A stretch of DNA of 64,000 nucleotides from Marsupella aquatica (taxonomy: Eukaryota; Plantae; Marchantiophyta). Of the stretch, positions 12,106-22,825 are shown piece by piece. How positions within the stretch are numbered: the first letter of the stretch is position 1; every line of letters starts with the position of its first letter. A program made the position numbers and the translations under genes. The notes under the pieces are model-generated. The model saw nothing but the letters and a program-made list of their open reading frames with translations. It did no database searches and was not told the DNA's origin. The stretch lies in the NCBI GenBank assembly GCA_973895155.1, contig OZ316892.1, forward strand, positions 15,802,861 through 15,866,860. The letters are read 5' to 3'.

Positions 12106-13792
12106 CTATTGGATCACTGAGAAGGCTACAACCTCTCTATCTTATTCCTACTATCTGGCGGTTGCAGTTGGAAGGAGGGTCGAGTGGCGAACATTTTGTC
12201 AGTTGAGGACTCAGCTGCGGGTTTGTCATTTCCTGGAGCTCAATCGCTTGCTGCTAAGACTACTGTTGCTGCAAATTTGCAAGCTGCTTGATCATGAGCT
12301 ACCTAGCTCCATTGTGAGTTGCCTCCCTATTCTCCTTGTTCTCCCTGTCTCCCCCTTGCTTGCAGTTACTATCGCCAGGAAGAATGTGTTTGGCCAAGAT
12401 GCTAGATTGCGACTTGTCTTCTTGCTTCTAGCTCGTGTATATGCTGGCATCCGTGGGGGTTCCTCAAGTTTGAGTCTGCAGAGGAAGAGTCTATCATAGT
12501 CTAATTAAATGTGGGCCATATTACTCTGGTCAATGAATGAGTTCCCTGGAAATAGAACCTCTCTGATTATAGAGGTGCGATTTGGTCAGAATTTTTTCCC
12601 CTCTCATTGTATCCATTGATGCCAACTCACTTTCATCACCTCAATTCTGAACAATGAGTGTAGTCTCAGGCTCCATACTGCCTATACTGAATGGTCTAGC
12701 TGCGATGTCCACCTCGGCTGAAGTGAGCTCTGACTTGGAGCCTTAACATTTGTGTTCTGTGGGGCTGATTAGAGTTGGTTCCGTCCAGAAGCTGCTCTAC
12801 TAAAGTGATAGAGCTCCGGCTTGGAGGTGGATCTTCACTTTTTTGTGGGTCTGAGTGACTTCTGTCTAGCTGGGCTTAGCTGAGTCAGTAATACATTCAA
12901 AAGAGGTGAGTATCCCTGACCAACATTTATTTACTCTTGACCACGCCAAACTAATGGCGCTTCAATTTGAACTTTCTAAGTCTGACTGCTGACTCCGCTC
13001 CTTAAAACCTACCTTAATTATATTCATGTCTTTCTTTTGTGCATGCGCATAATGTCTTTCATTCAGTTTAACATTAAATGTGAGACAGGGCTGCATCCAG
13101 CTCTTCTAGATGACAAGAAGGCATTGATCAGTTGCTTTTTGATCTTTCCTCACCAAACAAGAAATCTTTCTTACAAGAAACCTGTCTTACAAGAAATCCA
13201 GCCTGGCCGAGAAGCTGCAAGTGGGGAGGATGTCTGTAGAAATTTGTAAGGAGTGGTTTGTCTCACAATGCCATTGTTGATGAAACCTTGCTTCTTCTTA
13301 ATCCAATGCTTGCTGCCTTGTTACAACGTTTGTCTAGTTGACCGCTTCAGTGCCTATTCTTCATTTCCTGTTGTTCCATTTTTGGAAATTTATGCTTAAG
13401 GAACCTGCATTTCCTTCCCTGTCCCCATGCTATCTCCACTGCACCTTCCACTGCTAGCTATGTTGATTCCTTCCACTGCTAGCTCTAGACAATGATGCAG
13501 TCCAAATGCTGATCAGTCTCACTAGGGGTGCGGGTGCAGACACAACTCGCACTGTGTGATTGTAGTTTTGCTTTGTCGAAACGAATGTGTTTGGCTAAGA
13601 TGCTAGATTGTGGCTTATCTTCTTGCTTCCATCTCGTGTATATTCAATTAGTAGAAGCTGGGAACGAAGTGAAAATTGAATTTCCTTATATTAAGCATCC
13701 TGACCTAGAAACTCAATACATAAACTCCTGGAGTCCCTCGGGACATAAAATGAGCCAAATTGTTTCAAAATTGGGAACCTACACCGCACTAC

Positions 13793-14132
13793 TCAAACAA
13801 ATGTGTTGGGCTTGGTGGCCTTGTAAGTCGTCTTTAGCTTTCGCGATGGAGGTTGAATGTTGCGGTACGTCAAGGGGAACTTGATCTTTGAATCATGGAA
13901 CTGCTTGGTACTTTCTCGCTTGCACAGAGAGACAGGGACTGTCGTAGTCTTGATGATCTGGATGCAAGGGAACCGAACTCTATGACAAGAAGCCATCTCA
14001 TCATACATCTGCTGTGTGGTTGTTTAATGTGGTATCACGATATTTCTTGTACATGTTGGGATAACCTATACGACTCTGATACCTCACCCAGATACCGAAG
14101 TTCTTAATTGTGGTGGGCTTCTTTTCGAAGAT
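13793..14132 (-). pseudogene. RPL18A: Captured last exon of 60S ribosomal protein L18a (eL20) inside the CACTA
   Basis: After acceptor ctaccag|: [37 protein letters not shown], a frameshift, then [46 protein letters not shown]...[15 protein letters not shown], matching the plant L18a C-terminal half. Confidence 0.92.
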
Positions 14133-15141
14133 CTGGTAGACACATTATTCAGCATTTGCTAACTTCGAAACTAGAAGGGTAACACATTAAACAATAGAGA
14201 AACTCACAACATCCTCCTTTGGTCCTTCAGAGTCTATACTTTGATTATGAAGTTTGACTGAGTTTCTGTTTACTGAAAGAATGTGACTGTGTAAGAGTTT
14301 CGTTTGGCAGTGGATTGGTTGAAGCACTTCATGCTAGTGTGTTGTCCACAGCTCTTCAACCAGCTTTCATCTTCCTTGTCTTTCACCACTTACGATGACA
14401 TCAATTCAGCTAAGACCATAGAAGGTTCCAAAGCATCTAACTTGTAAAATCGCATTCTGTTACATCAAGGACTAAGGTGTTGGGTGCCAAAGGAGACAGC
14501 ACAACAAACACCCTGAAAAGACTTCAGGACTGGGTTCAACAAGGTAGTGAAGGTGCTTAGAGCCATAGTAAGTATGCATTCTGTATCTTTCTCTGTTGAT
14601 GTGAGCTTGTGCATAATGGGAGTTGTAGTTGGCAAGAGTTCCAAATATGAATAGATCCAGAAGTATGTGATCATGTACTTGCTCTATAAAGTTCTGAAGA
14701 TATAAGCATTTTCTGTTAGACCAGGCAACTTGGGAGTTGGTAAGTGTCACCTGCATCTGAGGGGCTACACCGGGGGCATCAGTGGAGGTTCACTTGCACA
14801 ACACGACAACCAGTGAATTTTCTCTCTGCTGCAACCTGCAAGGTGAGACTTTTGGTCTTTCTGGATGAAAAAACAGGATTTTAATACGATTGATATACAT
14901 GTTCGTCGAGAATATGGGTTTATCACCAAGCTCTTTGTCTTAGGAAACTCATAAACTCAGAATCAAATATGTACTATGCACGTTTCATGCTATGTGTATA
15001 CTATGACCTGTAGTTGGAACCAAGACAATGAGTGGGAACTGATTAGTTTAGGTGGTTGTTGTTGGCGAGGCAAGTCGACCTCCTGCTCACCTTGCTCATC
15101 AAAGGACGTGAACAGAGGACATCACAACGAAAGCAACACTT

Positions 15142-15591
15142 ATGGTGAGGACCCGCAACGCTGAACATGTGCGACTTGCACGCAAGGCAGAGATGTTGCG
15201 CCTTGAGTATGTCAGACTTGGGATCCTTCCAGCCCAGTCTGCATGGTACTTTGAGTACCCTGTTGTTTCCAGGAACAACTACAGCCGGCCTCTACCTGCT
15301 TCAGTACCCTTCCCGACATCCTTGGTATTTGTGTCTCTTGTACATGACCCGCCACAAATTAGGTGCCAAGGGTGTGTACATAGTTGCCAATATGACTATC
15401 CTGCCTGTAGGGCTTCTGGCCCAGAATTGGATGACCGTTCTCTTGGATGCCGATTTTTGCACAGAGCACAATGTATCATCTGGAACCACTCGCCATCCTG
15501 CAGTGTGCCTGGTGATGTCACTTGTCCTGCCCTCCCAAACCCCACCACTGGTGACTTTGGTGTCTACACATGCTTGGATCACATGCTCTAG
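15142..15591 (+). CDS. Cys/His-rich ORF of unknown function in the CACTA
   Basis: 149 codons from an ATG (MVRTRNAE...) with clustered Cys/His (CQGCVHSC...C...CRFLHRAQC). Same strand as the transposase. No family recognised. Confidence 0.35.
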   Translation: MVRTRNAEHVRLARKAEMLRLEYVRLGILPAQSAWYFEYPVVSRNNYSRPLPASVPFPTSLVFVSLVHDPPQIRCQGCVHSCQYDYPACRASGPELDDRSLGCRFLHRAQCIIWNHSPSCSVPGDVTCPALPNPTTGDFGVYTCLDHML

Positions 15592-16206
15592 AGGACCACT
15601 TGTCACACCGCATGCACAGACCAGATACCATTGACCTATAGCTTAACACTCTCACTTCAACACAGAGGATATTTACTTAAAATTTTGATGTATGAGCAAT
15701 TTTGGGTCCAGGGTTTAGGGTCAACAGTACATAACTTATCCTATTATGCCTGCACTAAGCAAAATATCCTAATTTAAGAGGCTAGCAAACTCGCATAAAA
15801 GTCTCTATTGAAAGACTGCTTTCATGACTGCTTTAACCTGGTGAACATTGCAACGTTCAATGAATTAATGGGCCATGTGATAACCTGTAAAATGTGATTT
15901 ATGCATCACTTATTTGTCTCAGCCACTATCATAGCCTATTTAGGATGTATAAATTTCAACCCTTATGACACTGCTTCATACCAATCCTCTTCGAAGAATG
16001 CCTGTTTTACATGTCACGACTATTGTATGTGATTCAAATGCATGAAATGTTGTTGCAGATCTCCTTTGGTGAATCATAGCCACAATTAAAATTGAGGTGT
16101 TGGTGGAGCAATTGTATTAGGGGATCAGGTTTGTGTGTGGGCTCAACATACCAAAAGTATGTCTGCTCTGCATCCTTGTGTGGCCATTCCAATTCATTGC
16201 AGTAGC

Positions 16207-16350
16207 AAATGCCTTTGTACCTTAAATGCTAAATATATTTTACTTTCTGTGCAGTCTGCTAAATTGTAGAGTCTATCTAAATGCCTTTGTACCTTAAATG
16301 CTAAATATATATTACTTTCTGTGCAGTCTGCTAAACTGTAGAGTCTATCT
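16207..16350. repeat. 72-bp tandem duplication upstream of the PHD ORF
   Basis: aaatgcctttgtacc...gagtctatct occurs twice (16207-16278, 16279-16350) and contains a tttctgtgcag acceptor-like motif. Confidence 0.9.
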
Positions 16351-16361
16351 CATGCGCAGGC

Positions 16362-17042
16362 ATGGCACGACCTAAAATTCAAGCCAAAAAGCGTGTGACA
16401 GAGGTGAGAAACACAGGTGTACTTGGGGCAGATGCTACTAACTTCTCTGCAAGTCAGATTTTCCAGAAGGCAGCTCATTGTTGTGCCATTTGTGACGATG
16501 GTGGGGGCCTGGTCATTTGTGAGGGCCCTTGCATGAGGCATTTCCACCTCAACCCGGAATCTGACCTTGCTGTAGAAAACAACTGTCCAGGGGTGGGCCT
16601 CCCGTCAACACACCAGGGAGACTGGATGTGCACTGATTGTTTGGAGAAGCAGACTAAGTGTGCACAGTGTGGGAAGTTGGGGTCCTATGAGGGCTCTGTT
16701 GATGCTGCAGCAAATGTTAGGAAATGTCCAGACCGTTTTTGTGTGAGATTTTTCTGTTTTGAGTGTTTGCCTGCTCATGCCACAGCTTGCCCACTTCATA
16801 GGTGCAAGGCATGTGATGAGCATGATCATGAGTACTAGACTGACATAGTCCACTATGCTAGGTGTCCCACCATGTGGCACTATCATTGCCTGAAAGATCG
16901 TCAAGCAGAGGGTTATGCTTGTGATAGAGAAATCTATGATCACTCTGCACATGGTGTTGATCGATGGATATTTTATTGTCATCGCCATGCCATTGATCCT
17001 ACCTCGCGCACTCCTGTGAGAGATCACATGTCTTGGCTGTGA
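16362..17042 (+). pseudogene. EDM2-like (NSD-type) PHD-finger cassette, ~226 codons, one internal TAG
   Basis: CAICDDGGGLVICEGPCMRHFH...WMCTDCLEKQTKCAQCGKLGS...VRKC...C...CPLHRCKAC. Past the TAG at 16836 the frame continues RCPTMWHYHCL...WIFYCHRHAIDPTSRTPVRDH, colinear with the PHD region of Arabidopsis EDM2, including its IYC..H.ID....TPVRDH motif. Confidence 0.85.
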
Positions 17043-17634
17043 AGCTGAACATTGTACATGCACAATGCACCTGATGTGGATGTACTATTTTTTGAGATTG
17101 TAGAGATTCCAATTTTGAAAAGGAGTTGGGTAGGCGAGTTTATATAGGCAGCACTTATCTTGTGCTCTGGCGTCAGTGGCTGGGTACATGCCTATAAAAA
17201 CTTATCCTTACAAGCCTTCTTGGAAGTATTTAGGCTGAGTGGTCATTTTCATAAACACTTTCATCAGACTGCTAGATTAAAACAGGACTTCTAAGTTGTA
17301 AGCGTATAAATTATCAGGCATGCAATTAATCAAATTGCCCTATAAGTTTGTCATTGAACGTATCCTCCTTTACAACAAAATATGTATGTGCCATGACAAG
17401 TTGGTTGCACTTCATTTCACCTTCGATATGGATTTTGTAGTATATATTCAAACAATGTCCTGCATCCGTGCAGGTGCCTAGTACGTATTGTTCACATATC
17501 CCTTGTACCTATCAAAATTGGACCTGAGCACCAGTGGGCCAGATCAACTCAAAAAGCAGGAATTTTATTGTCCTTGTATTGTCAGGTGAACCCATTCTTC
17601 CAAAATTCACTGTCATCACGTAGGGTGTGTGTAC

Positions 17635-18507
17635 ATGGAGCCTGGGAAACGTAGAAAGTGTGACCACCCAGCAGTGTTTACAGGGGTCAAAGCCATTTTG
17701 GTCCATGGCCAGCATGGGTTGACCAAAGTGCATTGGCCAACTGTACAGAAACGATTCTCTGAGCTCCATGGCACTGTAGTTCAGGACATCACTCCAGAGA
17801 CTACACATGTTGTTGTAGGGACATGGCTATCAGTGATAAAGAAGTGGTCATGGTCCTACATGAATTCTGCAATTACTAAGCAAGGCCTAAAAGTAGTTGA
17901 GGCCTCTTGGATCACAGATTCCATAGCACATCAGATTGTACAGGATACTGAGCAATATGAGCTGTGGGAGGATGAAGAAGCTACTGCATCAGCTTGGGCT
18001 GAACAAGAAGTCTGGGAAGCAAAGGCACGGCTTGCTGATGTCCAATATGGACCTGTACTCAACAAAGGACAGAGCTCTAGAAGGCTGAAGAGTATGTTGG
18101 CTGAGGAGACGAAGCAACCAACCCCCATTCTGAAAGGGCTGAGCATGGTATTTGTGGAGGCGGGAATTGGAGAGGTTAAGTGCAAAGTGTACAAGTCCAC
18201 GGTGCTTGACCTAGGTGGGACAGTGGAGGAGAATATAACAGAGGACACCACTCATGTCATTACTAAGTCATATCCCAAAGCCTGCCGCAAGTTTGGGAAG
18301 GGAGACATTCGCTTTTATGTCATGTCCCATAATGTGTTTGTGGTTTCATATGCTTGGCTTGTGGAATCAGTAGCAGCTGGGAAGCGTCAAAACCCAATGG
18401 ACTATGATCTTTTTGAGGCCTGGCCACGGAAGGGTCAGGATCCTTACAGAGAGGACTATGAGACAACAAGTGAGGAATGGGTCATTAGCGATTATGAATC
18501 AGAGTGA
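17635..18507 (+). CDS. Tandem-BRCT protein (290 aa)
   Basis: Two BRCT units: VFTGVKAILV...HGTVVQDITPETTHVVV...VVEASWITDSI...EQYEL and ILKGLSMVFV...LGGTVEENITEDTTHVIT...VVSYAWLVESVAAGKRQNPMDYDL. Uninterrupted frame. Resembles the DNA polymerase lambda-type BRCT. Confidence 0.85.
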   Translation: MEPGKRRKCDHPAVFTGVKAILVHGQHGLTKVHWPTVQKRFSELHGTVVQDITPETTHVVVGTWLSVIKKWSWSYMNSAITKQGLKVVEASWITDSIAHQIVQDTEQYELWEDEEATASAWAEQEVWEAKARLADVQYGPVLNKGQSSRRLKSMLAEETKQPTPILKGLSMVFVEAGIGEVKCKVYKSTVLDLGGTVEENITEDTTHVITKSYPKACRKFGKGDIRFYVMSHNVFVVSYAWLVESVAAGKRQNPMDYDLFEAWPRKGQDPYREDYETTSEEWVISDYESE

Positions 18508-18992
18508 GGAGTAGTAGCATCAGTTTGGACACAAGTTTTTTTGTATAAATCAGATCATTGAAATAAATGTGATCTTTGAACTAATGTACCTTGTTATGGT
18601 TAGTGGCAGTTGAGCTTATTTTACTGTTGGCGGATTGTTGTTTCCTGCTGCCTGGGGGTGTCACTATAAACGTACATGCCTCTGGTACATTTGAGGACAG
18701 CGGAGGAGGTGGTGACACCCTCCAACATTTAGGAATTTTGTGTCATTCACTTGACAATAGGTACACTACTTGCGAACCTGTTTTTTTCTTTTGGGGTGGT
18801 TTAGGGTTTGTGAGAATTTAGTACACGTTATGTTAACTCTTTTGGCAGATACAGTCAGGGATATATGGAACACAAATACCACCATTAGGCATCCTTGTTC
18901 ACTGCTGTCCATGACTGTAGAGCTCCCAGCCTGTTACAATGCACCCTGGTCACCACCCTCCCCAGACCCAGCCCAGGGCATAGGCACTGCCT

Positions 18993-21900
18993 TTGCATCA
19001 TCCCACAAGGATATCACGCCATGATAATAAGCTTTGGCAGCGTGAAAGGTTACGAACCAGACTTTCAGGAGCCAGTAGGATGAGATGTCCTTGTGCAATC
19101 TGCCAAGGATTCCATACCAAGGGTCTGAATGAGGTTTGGCGGCATATCGCGGTTCATGGAAGAGATCCACGACATCGAGTTTGGAATGATCTTGTAGAGG
19201 AAGATTCTTCCGACGAGGAGTGGAGGTTAGAATTTGATGCTGCCAATGCTGCAAGACGGGCAAGTGAGGTTCTGCCTGGTGCATTTGAAAATGTTGTAGT
19301 TGGTCTCTATGGGTTGTCAGCTCTCCAACGGGATGGTGCTCAGGCAGCACCACGTGACAAAGGAATTCATGTGGAAGAGATGGTGAGAGACATCTTCCAA
19401 GACTTGGATGCATTTCATGATGGGCTGGACAACGAAGAGGATACGGCTGCAGATGCAAGTGTGCCCCCTGTCGAAGAGCCTCTTGATGAGTTTGAGATAG
19501 GGCAGGAAACCCCTGGGCATGATGGGATGTTTGGCTCTCCCCTACAAATACAGGAAGGCAGGAAGTCTTTGTACCCCGGTAGCAAATGTTCTAAACTGGG
19601 ATTTGTCATCATGTTCCTGAACATTTGCGGCAACCACAATGTCCCCAACGTTTTGGTTTCTGAGTTGTTGGCATTCTTGCGAACAACTGTGCTACCAGAT
19701 GGTAATATTTTGCCCAAGAACATGTACGAGGCAAAAAGATGCATATCTAATCTTGGATTGAACTATGATTTGATCCATGCCTGTCCTGATGGGCATGTTC
19801 TTTTCAGAAAGGAGTATAAAGAATCGTTGGCATGCCCTAAGTGTGGGAAGCACAGGTATCGGAACTCAGGAAAGTCTATGGTTCTCGCCAAGGTACTTCA
19901 TCATTTTCCACTCATTCCCAGACTTCAGCGGATGTTCAGAAGCCGTGCCATCTCGGAGATGATGACTTGGGCAACTGACAAGAAAAGTGATGATGGGCTA
20001 CAATGACATGCTGCAGATTCAAGGCAATGGAAACTCATAGATGAGATGTATCCCGAATTTGCTGCTGAGCTGAGGAATGTCAGACTTGGGCTGTCATTGG
20101 ATGGGGTAAACCCATTTGGAGACAAGAACAACAAATTTCCGTGCTGGCCTGTAACTATTTTGAATTATAACCTTCCTCCTTGGATGACTACAAAGCAATT
20201 TTTTGTCTAGATGGTCCTACTGATACCAGGGCCAGACAGTGCTGTATCTGCCAACATAGATGTGTTTCTGGCTCCCCTAGTGGAGGAATTGAGAAAGCTT
20301 TGGGAGGAAGGAGTCCTCACATATGATGTCCTACAGAGGCTTGGGAGGTTAAACCCATTCATCCTTAGAGCCATTGTCATTCTGACTATAGCTGACTACC
20401 CAGCCCATGGGATGATATCAGGCCAAACAACAAAAGGATATTGTGCTTGTACTATCTGTGGGCGCAATGTCACCAGTGAGTACTCCAGAGCCCTTCAGAA
20501 AGTGATATACATGGGCCATCGTCGTTTTCTGAAGGCAGATCACCCTTACAGAGAAAGACAGGCACTAATTTCACACTTTGGCAATGAGATTGAGCAACGT
20601 GGACCCCCGGCACGAGTGACCAAAGAGGAGATCAGGCAGTGGGGAGCACTGAGGGATGACTATATCAAACGAGGGGGCAGGGAAGATGGAGTGAGTGATC
20701 CAATAAAGCGATATGGTGTAAAAAGACTGAGCATATTGGACTTGAAGCTCAAGTACTGGAGGGTAAGCCTCTTGGAGTTGATGCTAATTGGGATACATGT
20801 TTTGGTTCAGAGCATGTGCATTCATTTCGAAGAGAGAGACTAAACCTGAGGCATTTCCTGACGCTTTTGCATTGCAACGATGCAGGAGTTTGAGCCAAGC
20901 AAACATAACATTGATGTTATGCACATTGAAAAGAATATTTGTGAGAGTCTACTCAGATTCTTGTGTGGAGAGAAAGACACTGGTTCAGTGAGATTGGATC
21001 TTGAACAAAGGGGAATGAAACCCCATCTTTGGTTGAGGCCACATGCCCACAGAGCTGATGTGCTCTTGAAGTACCAAGCGCCCTATGTTCTGACAGACAC
21101 AGAGTGGGAACTATTTGTGTAGAGGTTGAGTTCTTTGAAGGTTCCTTCAAACTATGGCAGTGCTTTCAAGAAGCATATCATGACTAGAAAACTTGGTAGT
21201 ATGAAAAGCCATGACTACCATATGTTGATGCAACAAGTGTTGCCTTTATGCCTGAGGGGCCTGTTGCAGAAGCTTGTTCGTACTGTGATCATGCGACTCA
21301 GTGATGTGTTTCGTCGTATTTGTGTGAAGGTTTGGGATGAAACACACTTCCCACAACTGACAGAAGATGTCGCTCAGGTGCTGTGTGACCTGGAGATTTA
21401 TTTTCCTCCCGCATTTTTTGATGTCATGACCCACCTACTTGTCCATGTTGTGGAAGAGCTACACCAATTTGGGCCTGTGAGTGCTTGTTGGTTGTACCCT
21501 TTGGAACGGTACATGAAGCTACTCAAAGGTCACGTGAGAACATATTACAAACCTGAAGCAAGCATGGCTAAAGGTTACATCAAGGATGAGACTCTGGGAT
21601 TTCTGACCGAATACATAGCACAATATGAGCATGTGAAGACCAGGGTGTGGAATTCTGATGAGGAGGAAGGGGTGATAGGTGAAGTACTGGAAGGGGCTGC
21701 AACCACAAAGAACCTGACCATATCTATGAGAGACTTGGCACATGACTTTGTATTGCACAACACTGTGGTGATGGAACCCTGGATACAGTGAGTGCATACA
21801 TGTGCTATAATCCAGTTCATGAGCTTAAATGTTGTGTTCGTGTGGTTTTCTCCTTCAGCCTGTTCATGTTTACCCAAGCTAATGTTGTGTGGTTGTTCGT

Positions 21901-22669
21901 TCAGGGAGTATGAGTCATTGAAGGCGGCCCATCCCACTGCAGGAACAACTTTTCCAGGTTTCATGGAGTGGATCAGAGTGGCAATTAGAGAGCATCACGA
22001 GACCCACCCAAACATGGATGCAGATGTTTACCTACTGTCTAATGCCCCTAGCCTGAAAGTGAAGACTTACAAACGGATGAGAGCATATGGGAATCACTTT
22101 CGAGTGAAGGATGGTGACAGTGCTACAGGGTGACGAATGACTGTGGGCTCATCACTGTATTTGAGCAACAGAGCCACAATCACGACAGGGCCTGGATGGA
22201 GATGAGATATGTGGGAGAATTAGTTGACATATGGGCTCTGGACTATGGGGCGGTGTCCAGTCCTGTGATTCTTATGAAAGGTTCATGGGTGCAGCAGGAT
22301 TGGCTTGGTAACAGGGCTACCATGAAGAGAGACAACGACGGTTTCTTGCTGGCCAATTTTAGAGGGAAATTGCCCGAATGGTTTGAGCCATTTGTGTTTC
22401 CTAGTCAGGTGGAGCAAGCTTTCTTCTTGGATGTGGAAGACTCCCCAGGTTGGCGTGTAGTGTGTCATAAACAGGCCAGGCAACGTCGGATGGAAGGATC
22501 AAACCTTGAGTTTCATTTACACTCTCATAGTGCCTTTGATCGTCGGCGTTCATACCAAGTGCCTATAGTTCATGATAGCGGGGACTTCATTCCTGTGACA
22601 AGGGTAGATGCATTTGCTGAAGGAGGCGAATTCAGAGATGCAGATGCCAACAGTGTGCCTGTGCCATGA
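18993..22669 (+). pseudogene. CACTA TnpD/Tnp2 transposase
   Basis: Transposase-associated RCPCAIC...HIAVHG; IHACPDGHVLF; PLIPRLQRMF; RNVRLGLSLDGVNPF; DYPAHG; DVMHIEKN; MKSHDYH; FFDVMTHLLVH; EPFVFPSQVEQAFF. Introns 20763-20885 and 21788-21904. Stops at 20004, 20208, 21120 and a break at ~22131. Confidence 0.95.
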
Positions 22670-22825
22670 GTAATGTGAATTGTTTGCATGGACATTAGTG
22701 AGGGGAAGGATGTGTAATAAAGTAATTCTGAAGCAACACAGATGTATGGATGGATGCCTGGTGATTGTGGTTGCATTGTGTTATACGGGGTGACCATAGA
22801 TGACATGTTTTTGTGGTCCAGTAGG

